Positions 8,774-18,718 of a stretch of 40,775 nt of DNA are shown in pieces. The stretch's first letter is position 1. Each line of letters opens with the position of its first letter. The notes below the pieces were generated by a model. That model ran no database searches and was not told where the DNA came from. It saw only the letters and a list, made by a program, of their open reading frames with translations. Source of the stretch: an uncultured Gordonia sp. (GTDB lineage Bacteria; Actinomycetota; Actinomycetes; Mycobacteriales; Mycobacteriaceae); NCBI GenBank assembly GCA_964630585.1, contig CAZVVS010000001.1:1-40775 (forward strand), written 5' to 3'. The position numbers and the translations under genes are program-made.

Positions 8774-8870
8774 CGTGTACATCACACCGGTGGCGCTACG
8801 CCTCCTGGACGATCTCGACGCCACCGTTGCCGGGGCGCCAATCCCGCTTAGGAAGGGACCTACTCGATGA
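8766..8870 (+). other. 34-aa translationally coupled mini-ORF or gene remnant
   Basis: AAGGAG RBS, GTG overlapping the upstream gene end, stop overlapping the downstream ATG (ATGA). Reads MASVYITPVALRLLDDLDATVAGAPIPLRKGPTR. Confidence 0.35.
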
Positions 8871-10108
8871 CCACCCCGAATCTCGCCCAGTCCGACACTG
8901 CACTCGACGATGAAGCGCTCCGCAGCGCGAGCCACGTCGGCGTCCTTATCGCGCGAATCGACGATATCGCCGCGGCGCTCGCCGAGGAGATTGAGGGGAA
9001 CGAAGAGTCGGGCCGACTCAGTCCGCGCACCATGGAACTACTCGCCGGTACTCAGGTTCCATCGATGTTTCTTCCGGAGTCGCTGGGTGGTCTGGCTATG
9101 TTCCCGGGCGACGCGCTCCTCGTCCACGAGAGGTTGGCCACGATCGACTCCGCGATGGCATGGGACGGCAGCATCTGGGCAATGACCGGAATCCTCGTCG
9201 CCTGTCTCACCCCTGACGTCCGGGAAGAACTCGTCCGCAGCGTGCCGGGAAGCCTATTTGTCTCGGGATCAGGCGCACCTCAGGGCCGAGCGGTCGCGAC
9301 CGAGGGCGGGTATCGAGTGTCCGGTCGCTGGTCGTACGGCAGCGGAGTCCTCCACGCTGACTACACGGCCGTGGCAGCTCTTGAGGCTGACGACGACGGT
9401 GTTCCGCTCATGGTCAACGGCGCGCCGCGGATCGCGATGTACATCGTGTCCAGCGACGACGTTACGCGCGAAGGCAACTGGGACGTGCTCGGGCTCCGGG
9501 CCACCGGCAGCGTCGACTTCGTTGTGGGCGACGCATTCGTGCCGTCGAATCGCGTGATAGGGACCGATTTTCAGCCGCAGTCGCCGGGTCGCCAAAACCT
9601 CGGTGGCGCGATCGTCTACGCTACTCTCCCCCACACCGCCTTTGCGCTCGGCGCATCCCGCCGACTGCTCGACGAACTAGCGGCATTCGCGCAAGTGCCC
9701 GGGTCGAGGGGAGCCACTCCTGCCGACGATCCGCGGTTCTGTGCAGCACTCGCTCGTCACGAACTCGCGTTCCGGTCGGTTCGTGCGCTGGTTCTCGAAG
9801 CATGGTCGGGTCTCGACACATCGTTGCGGGCCGGCCGACCGCCGAGCCGCCGTGACTTCACACTCATCCGCGGAGCGATGATCTACCTGCACGAGAGCCT
9901 CCGTGAACTCGCCGAATTCGTCTTTGCGAACGCCGGCGGAATCGCGCTGCGCGCAGGCACCTTGCAGCGGTGGGTTCGCGACGCCCTCGCCGGATGCCAG
10001 CACGCCCTCGTCAAGGACACCCTCTACCCCGACATCGCCCGAGAACTCCTGCTGGGCGCTGACGAGGATCTGGTGTGGACACCGATCGGCCTCCAGCCAC
10101 CCCGCTGA
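8867..10108 (+). CDS. Acyl-CoA-dehydrogenase-fold flavin-dependent monooxygenase, oxygenase subunit (HsaA/C2-HpaH-like)
   Basis: GGYRVSGRWSYGSG, WDVLGLRATGSVD, LQRWVRD..QH. Confidence 0.85.
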   Translation: MTTPNLAQSDTALDDEALRSASHVGVLIARIDDIAAALAEEIEGNEESGRLSPRTMELLAGTQVPSMFLPESLGGLAMFPGDALLVHERLATIDSAMAWDGSIWAMTGILVACLTPDVREELVRSVPGSLFVSGSGAPQGRAVATEGGYRVSGRWSYGSGVLHADYTAVAALEADDDGVPLMVNGAPRIAMYIVSSDDVTREGNWDVLGLRATGSVDFVVGDAFVPSNRVIGTDFQPQSPGRQNLGGAIVYATLPHTAFALGASRRLLDELAAFAQVPGSRGATPADDPRFCAALARHELAFRSVRALVLEAWSGLDTSLRAGRPPSRRDFTLIRGAMIYLHESLRELAEFVFANAGGIALRAGTLQRWVRDALAGCQHALVKDTLYPDIARELLLGADEDLVWTPIGLQPPR

Positions 10109-10153
10109 CGTGCACGACGCCGCCAAACGCCGCTAGCCTTCGACTCTCGGCCG

Positions 10154-10975
10154 TCAGACGCCGCGAAACACCGGCGGTCGCTTGTCCATAAATGCCCGCT
10201 GGCCTTCGCGGATGTCCGCGGACCGGGAACAGTCGGCAATGCTTTGACGTGCGCTGGCGGCGAGGTCGTCGCGGGTGGGTGCGATGGCGGCGCGAATGGA
10301 GTTCTTCGCCGCCCGGATCGTCAACGGCGCGTTGGCGGCGATGGCGCCGGCCAATTCGGCCACCGTCGGTCCCAACTCGTCGACCTCGACGACTCGGTTG
10401 ACCAGTCCAGCGGAATGCGCTTGCGCGGAGGTGAGCCGCCGGGCGCTGTACAGCATCTCCGCCGCGTTTGCCGGACCGACGATGCTGACCAGGGCTGCGG
10501 TGTTCTCGAGTGGATAGCCGAGTCCGAGACGGGCCGCGGGGATCGCAAAGGTGCTCGTGGTCGTGGCGATCCGGATATCGGTGCCGATCGCGACGGCAAG
10601 ACCCCCGCCGAGGCAGTATCCGGAGATCATCGCAATCGTCGGCGTGGCCATCTCCCGGAGTGTGCGGAAGACTTCGGCCGCAGTGGCATCGAATCGCACT
10701 TGTGCCTCGGCGGATGTCTGGTGCTCTTCGAACTCGGAGATGTCGGCACCGGAGGCGAAGGCGATGTCACCCGCCCCGCGCAGCACGACCACGGCGACGC
10801 CGGGATCAGCGTCGAACGTACCCAATGCGGTGTGAGTCGCCTCCATCATGTCCACTGACAGCGCGTTGCGCCGTGTGGGGTTGTCAAAGACGATGGTGCC
10901 GACGCCGTTCTCGGCCGACGTGTGGACCATTCCGCGGCGAGCGGATGCGGTGCTCAACGGATAGTCTCCGCTCAC
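10154..10975 (-). CDS. Enoyl-CoA hydratase/crotonase family protein
   Basis: NPTRRNAL, AFASGADISEF, GYCLGGG, GLVNRVV, AFMDKRPPVFRG. GTG start overlaps the mas stop (GTGA); alternative ATG at 10930. Confidence 0.9.
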   Translation of the reverse strand: MSGDYPLSTASARRGMVHTSAENGVGTIVFDNPTRRNALSVDMMEATHTALGTFDADPGVAVVVLRGAGDIAFASGADISEFEEHQTSAEAQVRFDATAAEVFRTLREMATPTIAMISGYCLGGGLAVAIGTDIRIATTTSTFAIPAARLGLGYPLENTAALVSIVGPANAAEMLYSARRLTSAQAHSAGLVNRVVEVDELGPTVAELAGAIAANAPLTIRAAKNSIRAAIAPTRDDLAASARQSIADCSRSADIREGQRAFMDKRPPVFRGV

Positions 10976-11634
10976 TTGCCGGGAAGCGCACTGTCGACGC
11001 CGCCGACGTCGGTGATCTTCCAGTCGTTGTTCTGGTCGACGGTGACGTTGTAGGTCACGGTTGTCCGTCCGCCGTCGGGTGTCTGGGTGCTCGTCGAGTT
11101 CACGGTGAGGAACACGTTGACCTTGTAGACCCCGTCGGTCGCAGTCGTGACCACGGCCCCCAGCGGCGTCGCCGTGGATGTCCACTTGAGCGGCGCCAGG
11201 ACTTCTTTGAGCTTGGGCGTGGTCGTCTCGAATTTGTTGGCCAGTTGTGGCGTCGTGTTCGTTTTCAGCCGGGCCAGCCAGGCGTCGATGTCCTGGTACT
11301 GGATGGTGGCCGCACCGGAGGCGTACTCGGTGGCGATCTTCTCGGCCCTCGCGGTGTCCGCCGCCGCGGCATCCTGCGTGGAAAGCGTGTGGCGTGCGCT
11401 GGCGTAGAGCGCTGCGAACGTGACCGCGAGGATCAGGAGGACCGCACTGACCGCCCATCGGCGAAGGTTCTCTTTCGAGACCGTCAGAGTCACGTTCCCC
11501 GTTGAGGTGTCCTTGTCTGCAACCGCAATTGCGGAGGATTTGCCGTCTGGCTTGTCGGCGGGCTTCCCGTCAGACTTGTCGGCGGCATCAGCTTCACCTT
11601 CGGTCGAATCTGTCATGGTGGTCGCTCCGTTCAT
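10972..11634 (-). CDS. Mce-associated membrane protein (Mas/Mam)
   Basis: Acidic low-complexity N-terminus, single TM helix, C-terminal WKITDV; directly after mceF. Confidence 0.8.
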   Translation of the reverse strand: MNGATTMTDSTEGEADAADKSDGKPADKPDGKSSAIAVADKDTSTGNVTLTVSKENLRRWAVSAVLLILAVTFAALYASARHTLSTQDAAAADTARAEKIATEYASGAATIQYQDIDAWLARLKTNTTPQLANKFETTTPKLKEVLAPLKWTSTATPLGAVVTTATDGVYKVNVFLTVNSTSTQTPDGGRTTVTYNVTVDQNNDWKITDVGGVDSALPGK

Positions 11635-11649
11635 GAGAATTGCTCCGGA

Positions 11650-12621
11650 CTATCGCAGGCGGATTTGAAAGTGCAGGGCGTCGCCGTCTCCGACTGCTCC
11701 CAGCCCGTCGGCGATGAGTTGGGAGATGTCAACCCGCCCGGCAACTGCGGTGCTTGCATCCACAAGTGGCTTGAGGGCTGGCGCGAGGGATCTAACATCG
11801 GGGCCGGTGGCGGCGATCCAAACGTTCAGTTTGTCGATCAGCGGGATCAGCCCCCATCCCGTTACGTAGTCGTCGGGAACGTTTCCCTGCTTGGCCACCT
11901 CACCGATGGCATTGATCATCTGATCGATCTTGGGTCCGAACGTCGACCAGGACTCCGCACCCGAGGACAGTGCAGTCTTGGCCCAGGCCATGTCCCCCAC
12001 GGGCGCCTGGACATTCACAAACAGTTGCCTCAGCACATCGGTTCGGGCGAGGAGGACCGCGGCCAGCAGGTCCGTCGAACGGGCCAACCTCGTCAGGGTG
12101 TCGCGCGTGCCGTCGAGGCCCGCCGTGAACGTGTTCACGATCGAGGCGAGCTGCTGGGTGTTGACCTGTTCGAGGAGGCGCGTTGCCGTCTCGGCGAGCT
12201 CGGTGATCGTCGACGGTGGTGCTACCCGCGTGGAAGCGACTTGGTCGCCGGCGCGCAGGTACGGACCAGTACCGGTGCGGGGCCGGAAGTCCATGAACGC
12301 CTCGACCAGGCCGGAGAGGTTCTCGACACGTAGCGTCGAGTCGACTGGGATGCGGTGCTTCTTCTCGGTGTCGAAGTGCACCGTGACCCCGCCGGTGGGA
12401 ATGTTGTCGACCGCTGTCACCTTGCCGATCCGGACACCGCTGAGCATCACCGGCGAACGTGGAATCAGGCCCGCCGCGTTGTCGAGCGCCACGGTGAAAC
12501 GGGCGGACTCGGCGAAAGGCCGATAGTTGGCGACGCCGAACGCCAGGTAGGCAGCGCTGACAAGTAGGGCCACCGCGACGGCGAGGAGCGAGATCAGCGG
12601 TCCGCGGCCAATGCGGCTCAT
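11650..12621 (-). CDS. mceF: Mce family protein (MlaD domain), sixth position
   Basis: N-terminal TM, NAAGL..SPVMLSGVRIGKV, VENLSGL; ATGA overlap with mceE. Confidence 0.85.
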   Translation of the reverse strand: MSRIGRGPLISLLAVAVALLVSAAYLAFGVANYRPFAESARFTVALDNAAGLIPRSPVMLSGVRIGKVTAVDNIPTGGVTVHFDTEKKHRIPVDSTLRVENLSGLVEAFMDFRPRTGTGPYLRAGDQVASTRVAPPSTITELAETATRLLEQVNTQQLASIVNTFTAGLDGTRDTLTRLARSTDLLAAVLLARTDVLRQLFVNVQAPVGDMAWAKTALSSGAESWSTFGPKIDQMINAIGEVAKQGNVPDDYVTGWGLIPLIDKLNVWIAATGPDVRSLAPALKPLVDASTAVAGRVDISQLIADGLGAVGDGDALHFQIRLR

Positions 12622-13685
12622 CGGACCAGCCCGATCATCCGCAGGACGTCGGCCATGGCGGAGACGTCGACCTTCTGGGCGGCAACTCCGCTTGGCTTCG
12701 GATTGACCTCGATGGCGGTGATGTCGATGCGTGCGCCGCCGTCGATGAACGGGATGACTTTCTGATTCATCAATGCCACGAAGCGGTTCAGGTTTGACGG
12801 CGAGGTGAGGTCCATCGGCCGATTGCCCAGCAACAGGGGGACGAGCACCGCCACCGCCCTTTCGGTCTGCGCCAGGAACGGCGCCATCCACATCATCCCG
12901 TCGGCCAGGTCACCGAAGCCGCCGATGACGTTGAACGCGCCCGTCAGGGTGGTGAAGTTGCTCAAAACGACTTTCACACCGTCTGGGCTGAGCATCGACT
13001 CCAGAACAGGACGACTGTCCAACACCGCCTTGAGATCACGGTTCGTCGCATCCATGAAGCGGTCGAGTGCGGAGGTGTAGCCCGCGAGGTTCTTCAGGTC
13101 CGTGCCCACCGCGCCGAACATCGCCGCAGTATCAGAGGTGATCCTTGGCATGATGGCGTTGGTGCGGCTGATCATCCGCTCCAGGTCCCCGATCGCCCCG
13201 CTGGTGACGAAGGTCGCCATCCCGGCCATCAGGTCTTCGACCTGCATTGCCGGCTTCGTTTGGTCCAGCGGGATGACGCCCCCGTCGGCGAGTACTCCTG
13301 TCGAGCCCCGCGCCGACACGTCCAAACCGATGTACATGTCACCGAGCAGGGTCTTCTGCCGGAGCTGGGCGGTCGTCGACACCGGCAACCGCACCGACCT
13401 TTTGATCTCCACCAGGGCGTTGATGTGGCCGGGCGCCCCGTCCGCGCCGTCGATGATCGTTACGTGCTCCAACGTCCCGATCCGTACGCCGTTGGCAATC
13501 ACGCGAGCACGCGCCGGGAGGTTCAACGCGTTCGCGAATTCGATGTTCAGGCGGTAGGTGTCCCCACCGACCGACGATCCGGGAACCGGCACCTGCGCAG
13601 GGTCGATCGAGCACCCCGTCGACATCACGATGCCCATCGCCGCGACCAATCCGGTCATTCCGACCCGGATCCGCTGCGGCCTCAT
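12618..13685 (-). CDS. mceE: Mce family lipoprotein, fifth position
   Basis: Lipobox-like MSTGC, FANALNLP..ARV..NGVRIG, LRQKTLLGD. Confidence 0.85.
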   Translation of the reverse strand: MRPQRIRVGMTGLVAAMGIVMSTGCSIDPAQVPVPGSSVGGDTYRLNIEFANALNLPARARVIANGVRIGTLEHVTIIDGADGAPGHINALVEIKRSVRLPVSTTAQLRQKTLLGDMYIGLDVSARGSTGVLADGGVIPLDQTKPAMQVEDLMAGMATFVTSGAIGDLERMISRTNAIMPRITSDTAAMFGAVGTDLKNLAGYTSALDRFMDATNRDLKAVLDSRPVLESMLSPDGVKVVLSNFTTLTGAFNVIGGFGDLADGMMWMAPFLAQTERAVAVLVPLLLGNRPMDLTSPSNLNRFVALMNQKVIPFIDGGARIDITAIEVNPKPSGVAAQKVDVSAMADVLRMIGLVR

Positions 13686-14776
13686 CGGGCACCTGCCACG
13701 CCCAGCACCAGCGGCACGAGATCGGCAGTGGTCATACCGCCGCGCCGCTCGCATCTGTCTGGGACGACTCGCCCGACGATCTCGCACAGGGGCACCGCAG
13801 TCGACGCCGGCAGCGCCACCGCCGGTCCCCGGTAGTTGATCGCGGGTCGTCGTGTCTTCGGATCCACCGACCTGTGGAATGCCGACGCCAGTGTCGGAAT
13901 CATGTCGACGAGGTCCACGAGGCTCGCGACATTGGCACTCAAGAAGCGGAGTATCGGCACGGTCGCATCCAAGGTCTGCATCAGCGGCGCCCCGTACTTG
14001 TGCGAGAGCCGGTTCAGCCAGGGAACGAGGATCAACAACGACTCGGCGAACTGTTTGACCGACACCCACACCGAGTTAACCATCTCGATGCCGGGACCGA
14101 AATCGAGCAGCGTTGCCTTAATCAACCCCCAGGTGGCGTCGATGCTCCCGGTCAGGGTCTCCAAAGAGTCGATCAGGCTCCCGATCCGGCCGATGGCCGC
14201 CAGCGGCGACCGCAGGGCGCGGCCCAGATCCTCGATCAGGGCGTTCATAGCCGGTCCGGTGCCGCGCGTCGCGTCATCGACCTGGCCGATCAACAACTTG
14301 ACCGGCCTATTGTTGCCGTCTAGTCTCGGTGCGCCCACCTCGTCGACCGCCTTACTGAAGGCCGAGACCGCCTCGGTGACACTCTTAGGGGTAAAGGCGG
14401 TTGTGACGCATGACCGCGGATTCCACGGTGCGGCGCCCTTCTCGGTGGTCACCGCGAGGCTCCGGTCAGCCACCACGGTGTCGGAAATGGTGGTGGCCAT
14501 CACCGTTCCCCGCAACCGGTGGCGGGCATCGACGTCGAAGTCGACCCGCACCTTGCCGCCCTCCGGCGCGAGCGAGAGCACACGGCCGACCGGCATACCC
14601 AGCACGGTCACGTGATTGCCCGTGTACAGCCCGACCGCATCAGGCATGAGCGCGCAGTAGCGCACACGCTCGTGGAACGGCTGATACGCGATGACGTACC
14701 CCACGACGGCCAATACCGCGACAAGCGCCACACCGATCGACGTGATCAAGCCCCGTGACGCCAGAAATGCCCGCAC
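13682..14776 (-). CDS. mceD: Mce family protein, fourth position
   Basis: YCALMPDAVGLYTGNHVTVLGMPVGRV, VADR; GGAGG RBS before GTG 14776. Confidence 0.85.
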   Translation of the reverse strand: MRAFLASRGLITSIGVALVAVLAVVGYVIAYQPFHERVRYCALMPDAVGLYTGNHVTVLGMPVGRVLSLAPEGGKVRVDFDVDARHRLRGTVMATTISDTVVADRSLAVTTEKGAAPWNPRSCVTTAFTPKSVTEAVSAFSKAVDEVGAPRLDGNNRPVKLLIGQVDDATRGTGPAMNALIEDLGRALRSPLAAIGRIGSLIDSLETLTGSIDATWGLIKATLLDFGPGIEMVNSVWVSVKQFAESLLILVPWLNRLSHKYGAPLMQTLDATVPILRFLSANVASLVDLVDMIPTLASAFHRSVDPKTRRPAINYRGPAVALPASTAVPLCEIVGRVVPDRCERRGGMTTADLVPLVLGVAGAR

Positions 14777-14777
14777 G

Positions 14778-15803
14778 TCAGCACCTCCGCCCTGGAATCG
14801 GTACGCACAACGCTGACCCGTCGACAGTCGTCGCCGACTGGTCGAGGCTAAGTCCATCGGGCCCAGCAGCGGCGACGAGTCGTCGCATCGTGGAACGCAC
14901 CGTCGTGATCGCCGAATCGAGCTTGCCTGCCAGGCTGCGAAGCGCCGGTTCGCTTTCGCCCAGCTTGTCCAGCACCGGCTCGAGATAGGTCGCCGACGCC
15001 GGCTCCAAGGTGACGGCCCGACTGAGCATCTCGGCAAGCATCTGCAGACATGCCGTCACCGACGCCCTGTTGTCAAGCAGACTTCGCTCGATCGACGCAA
15101 GGCTGCGCACCATCATCCCCAGCGCGGCCCGATTGCGGTCGATCGTCCCGGCATACTCGTCGGCCACCTTGAGCGCCTGGGACACGTCGCGGTTCTGTTT
15201 GTCGAGGATCCCAACGATCGATTGCGCCATTCGACCGATGTTGCGGTACGCGTTGGGCGCCCGCGAGAACGCCGAGTTGAGAGCAGTGATGTCGGCATGG
15301 ATAGCCCTACCGTCAACCGCGCCCACCGGCGCGGCCGCGTCTTGCATCGTTCGCATCAGGCTGTAGGGCAGGGTGACCCGATCCGCTGGTATCGCTTTGT
15401 CGCCCAGGGGTGCGTCACCGGCCGGGAACAGGGCGATGTAGTGCCCGCCGATCATCGTCAACATCCGCACATCCATCGTTGATTCTGACCCGACGGGCAC
15501 ATCGGACTTCACGGTGAACGTCATGTCGACGCGATCGTCGCGGAGCGTGAGACCCGTGACCTTGCCCACCGTGATCCCCGCGATACGGATGTCGATTCCG
15601 GTCCGCACCGATTGGGCCTCGGACAGATGAGCCCGATAGGACGTGTTGCCGCGCGGGCTGAAGTAGAGCACCGACGTGCCGACCAGGGCGGCCACCAACA
15701 GGACCAAACCGAATGCCCCGAAGCGCAACTCCTTGCGCTTGGCCAGGGCCGCATGGTTGTTTACCTGCGGCTGCGGGCCGGCGTCGCCGTTCAGTTCCGA
15801 CAT
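14778..15803 (-). CDS. mceC: Mce family protein, third position
   Basis: IRIAGITVGKV, VRMLTMIGGHYI, VTLPYSL. Confidence 0.85.
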   Translation of the reverse strand: MSELNGDAGPQPQVNNHAALAKRKELRFGAFGLVLLVAALVGTSVLYFSPRGNTSYRAHLSEAQSVRTGIDIRIAGITVGKVTGLTLRDDRVDMTFTVKSDVPVGSESTMDVRMLTMIGGHYIALFPAGDAPLGDKAIPADRVTLPYSLMRTMQDAAAPVGAVDGRAIHADITALNSAFSRAPNAYRNIGRMAQSIVGILDKQNRDVSQALKVADEYAGTIDRNRAALGMMVRSLASIERSLLDNRASVTACLQMLAEMLSRAVTLEPASATYLEPVLDKLGESEPALRSLAGKLDSAITTVRSTMRRLVAAAGPDGLSLDQSATTVDGSALCVPIPGRRC

Positions 15804-16813
15804 ACCGAGATCCTTTGTCCGGCCATCACCAGGCGGAGCGGTTCCGGTATCGTCGCCGCCCCCTTGCTGCAGTTGAGGTCGAGTTGCGATGTGCCGTTGA
15901 GCTTGGGCACCAGAGCATCAAGGGATTGGATGAGCGCGGGGACGTGGCCCGCGAGGTCCACCAAGGCCTGAGGGTCGGGAAACATCAGGCGGAGCAGATT
16001 GTCCATATCCGGATTCGTCTCGGTGGTCATCCCCATGATCCGCATCATGTTGTTGATCGGCGCGAACACATACGGGGACAGGTCCGCCAGATGGACCATC
16101 CCCTTCATACTCGCGTCGAGCACGTCGAAGAGGTGGCCAAACCCGGTCAGCAACTCCGTCAGCTGAGGAGAGCGCCCGCCCAACGAGTCGGAAATCTGCC
16201 GCAGATTGGCGAACAGGACAGAGATAACCTGCTGGCGGTCGGTGACATGCTTGCTGAGTTCGTCGATGGCGTCGAACGCCGGCCCGATGCCATCACCGTC
16301 GCCCTCGATCACTGCCAGCATCGTCTCGCTGAACTTGTTCAACGACTGCGGTGAGAACTCCGCGAGCACGGGCTGCAGACCGTTGAACAACGTGGTGATG
16401 TCGAACGATGGCACGGTCCTCGCCGTAGGGATGGGATCGGTGGGCCGCTGCGGCTGCCCAGCCTCGCGCCGCACATCGACGTAGCGCTCGCCGGTGAGGC
16501 TTTGATACCGGATCGCCAACGTCGTCGTCACCGTCACCGCATGCGTGCGCTGGACGGTGAAACGCACCCGGGCGTGGTCATCGTGCAGCTCGATCCGCTC
16601 GACTTTGCCCACCGGAACGCCGTGCAAGCGAACGTCATGACCCACACGGAGACCGTTGGCGTCGGTGAAATCAGCCGTGTATGCGTCGGTTTGGCCGTCG
16701 ACAGGTCTTTCGATCACGCGCACGATCAACACGAGCAACAGAAGCATGCACACGGCGAAGACAGCCGAGAATGCCGCCCTACGGGCAAACCCACGGTTGT
16801 GCGAGCTGCTCAT
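15791..16813 (-). CDS. mceB: Mce family protein, second position
   Basis: YTADFTDANGL..DVRLHGVPVGKV, IRYQSLTGERY, FDITTLFNGLQP; ATGA overlap with mceA. Confidence 0.88.
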   Translation of the reverse strand: MSSSHNRGFARRAAFSAVFAVCMLLLLVLIVRVIERPVDGQTDAYTADFTDANGLRVGHDVRLHGVPVGKVERIELHDDHARVRFTVQRTHAVTVTTTLAIRYQSLTGERYVDVRREAGQPQRPTDPIPTARTVPSFDITTLFNGLQPVLAEFSPQSLNKFSETMLAVIEGDGDGIGPAFDAIDELSKHVTDRQQVISVLFANLRQISDSLGGRSPQLTELLTGFGHLFDVLDASMKGMVHLADLSPYVFAPINNMMRIMGMTTETNPDMDNLLRLMFPDPQALVDLAGHVPALIQSLDALVPKLNGTSQLDLNCSKGAATIPEPLRLVMAGQRISVCRN

Positions 16814-17838
16814 CGGTCGCCACCCATCCGGCGGAACTGCCGGGGAGCCGTCGAACCCCACATGGGCGCCAGGATCACCAAGGCCACCTTCAACGCGGGA
16901 TCCGCTCCACCGGTGAACACACCATCGAGACTGGTCAACAATTGGGTCAGCTGCTGGCGCGACCGGGAATTGGGCACGGTGTTCGCCAACGCCGCCATCA
17001 GCGGGGTGAGCATCTGCATATATGGCGGGTAGTAGCGTTCCATGGTCGTCATGAGCTTGGCCGCTCCCGGTATCACCTGTTGAGCGATGATGTGGATAAA
17101 GTCGTCAGTTCGCTTGTGATCGGACTTGAGTACCGCAATGTTCTGGATGTAGTCGATGACGTCGACGGTGGAGGTGAGGAAGGGTTCGGCGCCCTCGAGG
17201 AGTCCCGCATACGAGTTCAGGATTGTTGACGGCGCATACTTGCGGGCCCCTACATAGCTCCGGGTTACTCCGATCAGCGCCTCGAACAGCGGAGTGAACT
17301 CGTCGAGCGCGTCGGCGGCCTGGGCGAGCAGATCCGCTGTCTGCGGTGTGAGCACACCGGTCGTCAAGTTCGTCAGCGATTCGAGCATCAAGCCCATGGT
17401 CGCGTCGGTGGACCCCCCACGGGCGGCCAGGTCGATCGTCGTACCTTCGGTAAGCCTGGATCCCCCGGGTTCGCGCTGGAGGTTGATCGCGGTGATACCG
17501 AAAAGATTCTCCGGCGCGTAGGCGATGGTCATCGCATCTGTCAGTCCGGCGACCCGACGTCGATCGAGCTCGACAGTGATGATCTGGTGGGTGATGTCGG
17601 GACTCTCCACCGACGCCACGGTGCCCACGCGTACCCCGTCGAGCACAACGTAGCTGCCCGATCCGAGACCGGATCCGACCTGCTCGGTCCGAAGCTGTAC
17701 CCGCAGGCTGTCGCTGTCCCTCGCGACGGCGTTCATCAACGACCACATCCCGACCAGGACGGCCACCGCCGCGAGTGCAATCAGCCCGACGACTCTCGAC
17801 CGTTCCGGCGTGGTCGTCGACAACAAGTACTGTGGCAT
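16810..17838 (-). CDS. mceA: Mce family protein, first position
   Basis: N-terminal TM, GSGL..V.LDGVRVGTV, PENLFGITAI. Confidence 0.85.
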   Translation of the reverse strand: MPQYLLSTTTPERSRVVGLIALAAVAVLVGMWSLMNAVARDSDSLRVQLRTEQVGSGLGSGSYVVLDGVRVGTVASVESPDITHQIITVELDRRRVAGLTDAMTIAYAPENLFGITAINLQREPGGSRLTEGTTIDLAARGGSTDATMGLMLESLTNLTTGVLTPQTADLLAQAADALDEFTPLFEALIGVTRSYVGARKYAPSTILNSYAGLLEGAEPFLTSTVDVIDYIQNIAVLKSDHKRTDDFIHIIAQQVIPGAAKLMTTMERYYPPYMQMLTPLMAALANTVPNSRSRQQLTQLLTSLDGVFTGGADPALKVALVILAPMWGSTAPRQFRRMGGDR

Positions 17839-17850
17839 CGTAGTTCCCCG

Positions 17851-18717
17851 TCAACCCGTGAAAGTCACCGGCGAATTGGCGCCCCACAGGATGACGGTCA
17901 GCACCATGTTGAGCGCGATGATCGAGACGAAGCTCGCTCGCACCGCACGACCGGATGCGCGTCCAACACCCTCTGGGCCACCCGAGGCGAAGTAGCCGTA
18001 GTAGCAATGGATCAGGACGATCGCCGCACCAAAGACCATGATCTTCAGCACCGCGGCCATAATGTCGCCACCGCTGGCGAACTGGTCGAAATAGTGCCCG
18101 TACACGCCTTCCGCCTGGCCGTGCAGCACGACGATCACCGTGGCACACGCGAAATAGCTGAGGATCAGCGCGATCAGGAACGTCGGGACCAGGGAGACGA
18201 CTCCGGCCACCAGGCGGGTCGTCACCGCGAACGGGATCGACCGGATTCCCAGTGCCTCAAGAGCGTCGATCTCCTCGGAGATCCGCATCGAGCCGATCTC
18301 GGCTGTGATCCGGCAACCCGCCTGCGCGGCGAATCCGATACCGGCGGCAATCGGTGCCAGTTCACGGGTGTTCGCGAACGCGGAGATCATGCCCGTTACC
18401 GGCCCCATGCCCAGCATGTCCAGCGTCGAGAAGGCCTGAACCCCGAGGCTGGCCCCCATCGCCGCGCCCAGCAGAGCCAGCATCGGGGCGGTCCCACCGC
18501 CGACGAGGAGCGACCCGCGACCCCACGTCATATCGCTGATCAGGCGGATCGTGTGGGTCCTGTAGTGCCCGATGGCCTGCGGGATCGCGACGATCGCATG
18601 CCAGACGAAAGTGAGGACAAACCCCAGATTCTCCACCGGGGTGGCTACCGCGGCGCGGCGGTCGTGCGTCTGTCGTGCCCACCGGAGTCCCGGCGGAGAA
18701 TACACCGACGCCGCCAT
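17851..18717 (-). CDS. yrbEB: YrbEB (MlaE-family) permease
   Basis: NTRELAP, AEIGSMRISEEIDALE, HCYYGYFASGGPEGVGRA. Confidence 0.92.
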   Translation of the reverse strand: MAASVYSPPGLRWARQTHDRRAAVATPVENLGFVLTFVWHAIVAIPQAIGHYRTHTIRLISDMTWGRGSLLVGGGTAPMLALLGAAMGASLGVQAFSTLDMLGMGPVTGMISAFANTRELAPIAAGIGFAAQAGCRITAEIGSMRISEEIDALEALGIRSIPFAVTTRLVAGVVSLVPTFLIALILSYFACATVIVVLHGQAEGVYGHYFDQFASGGDIMAAVLKIMVFGAAIVLIHCYYGYFASGGPEGVGRASGRAVRASFVSIIALNMVLTVILWGANSPVTFTG

Positions 18718-18718
18718 C

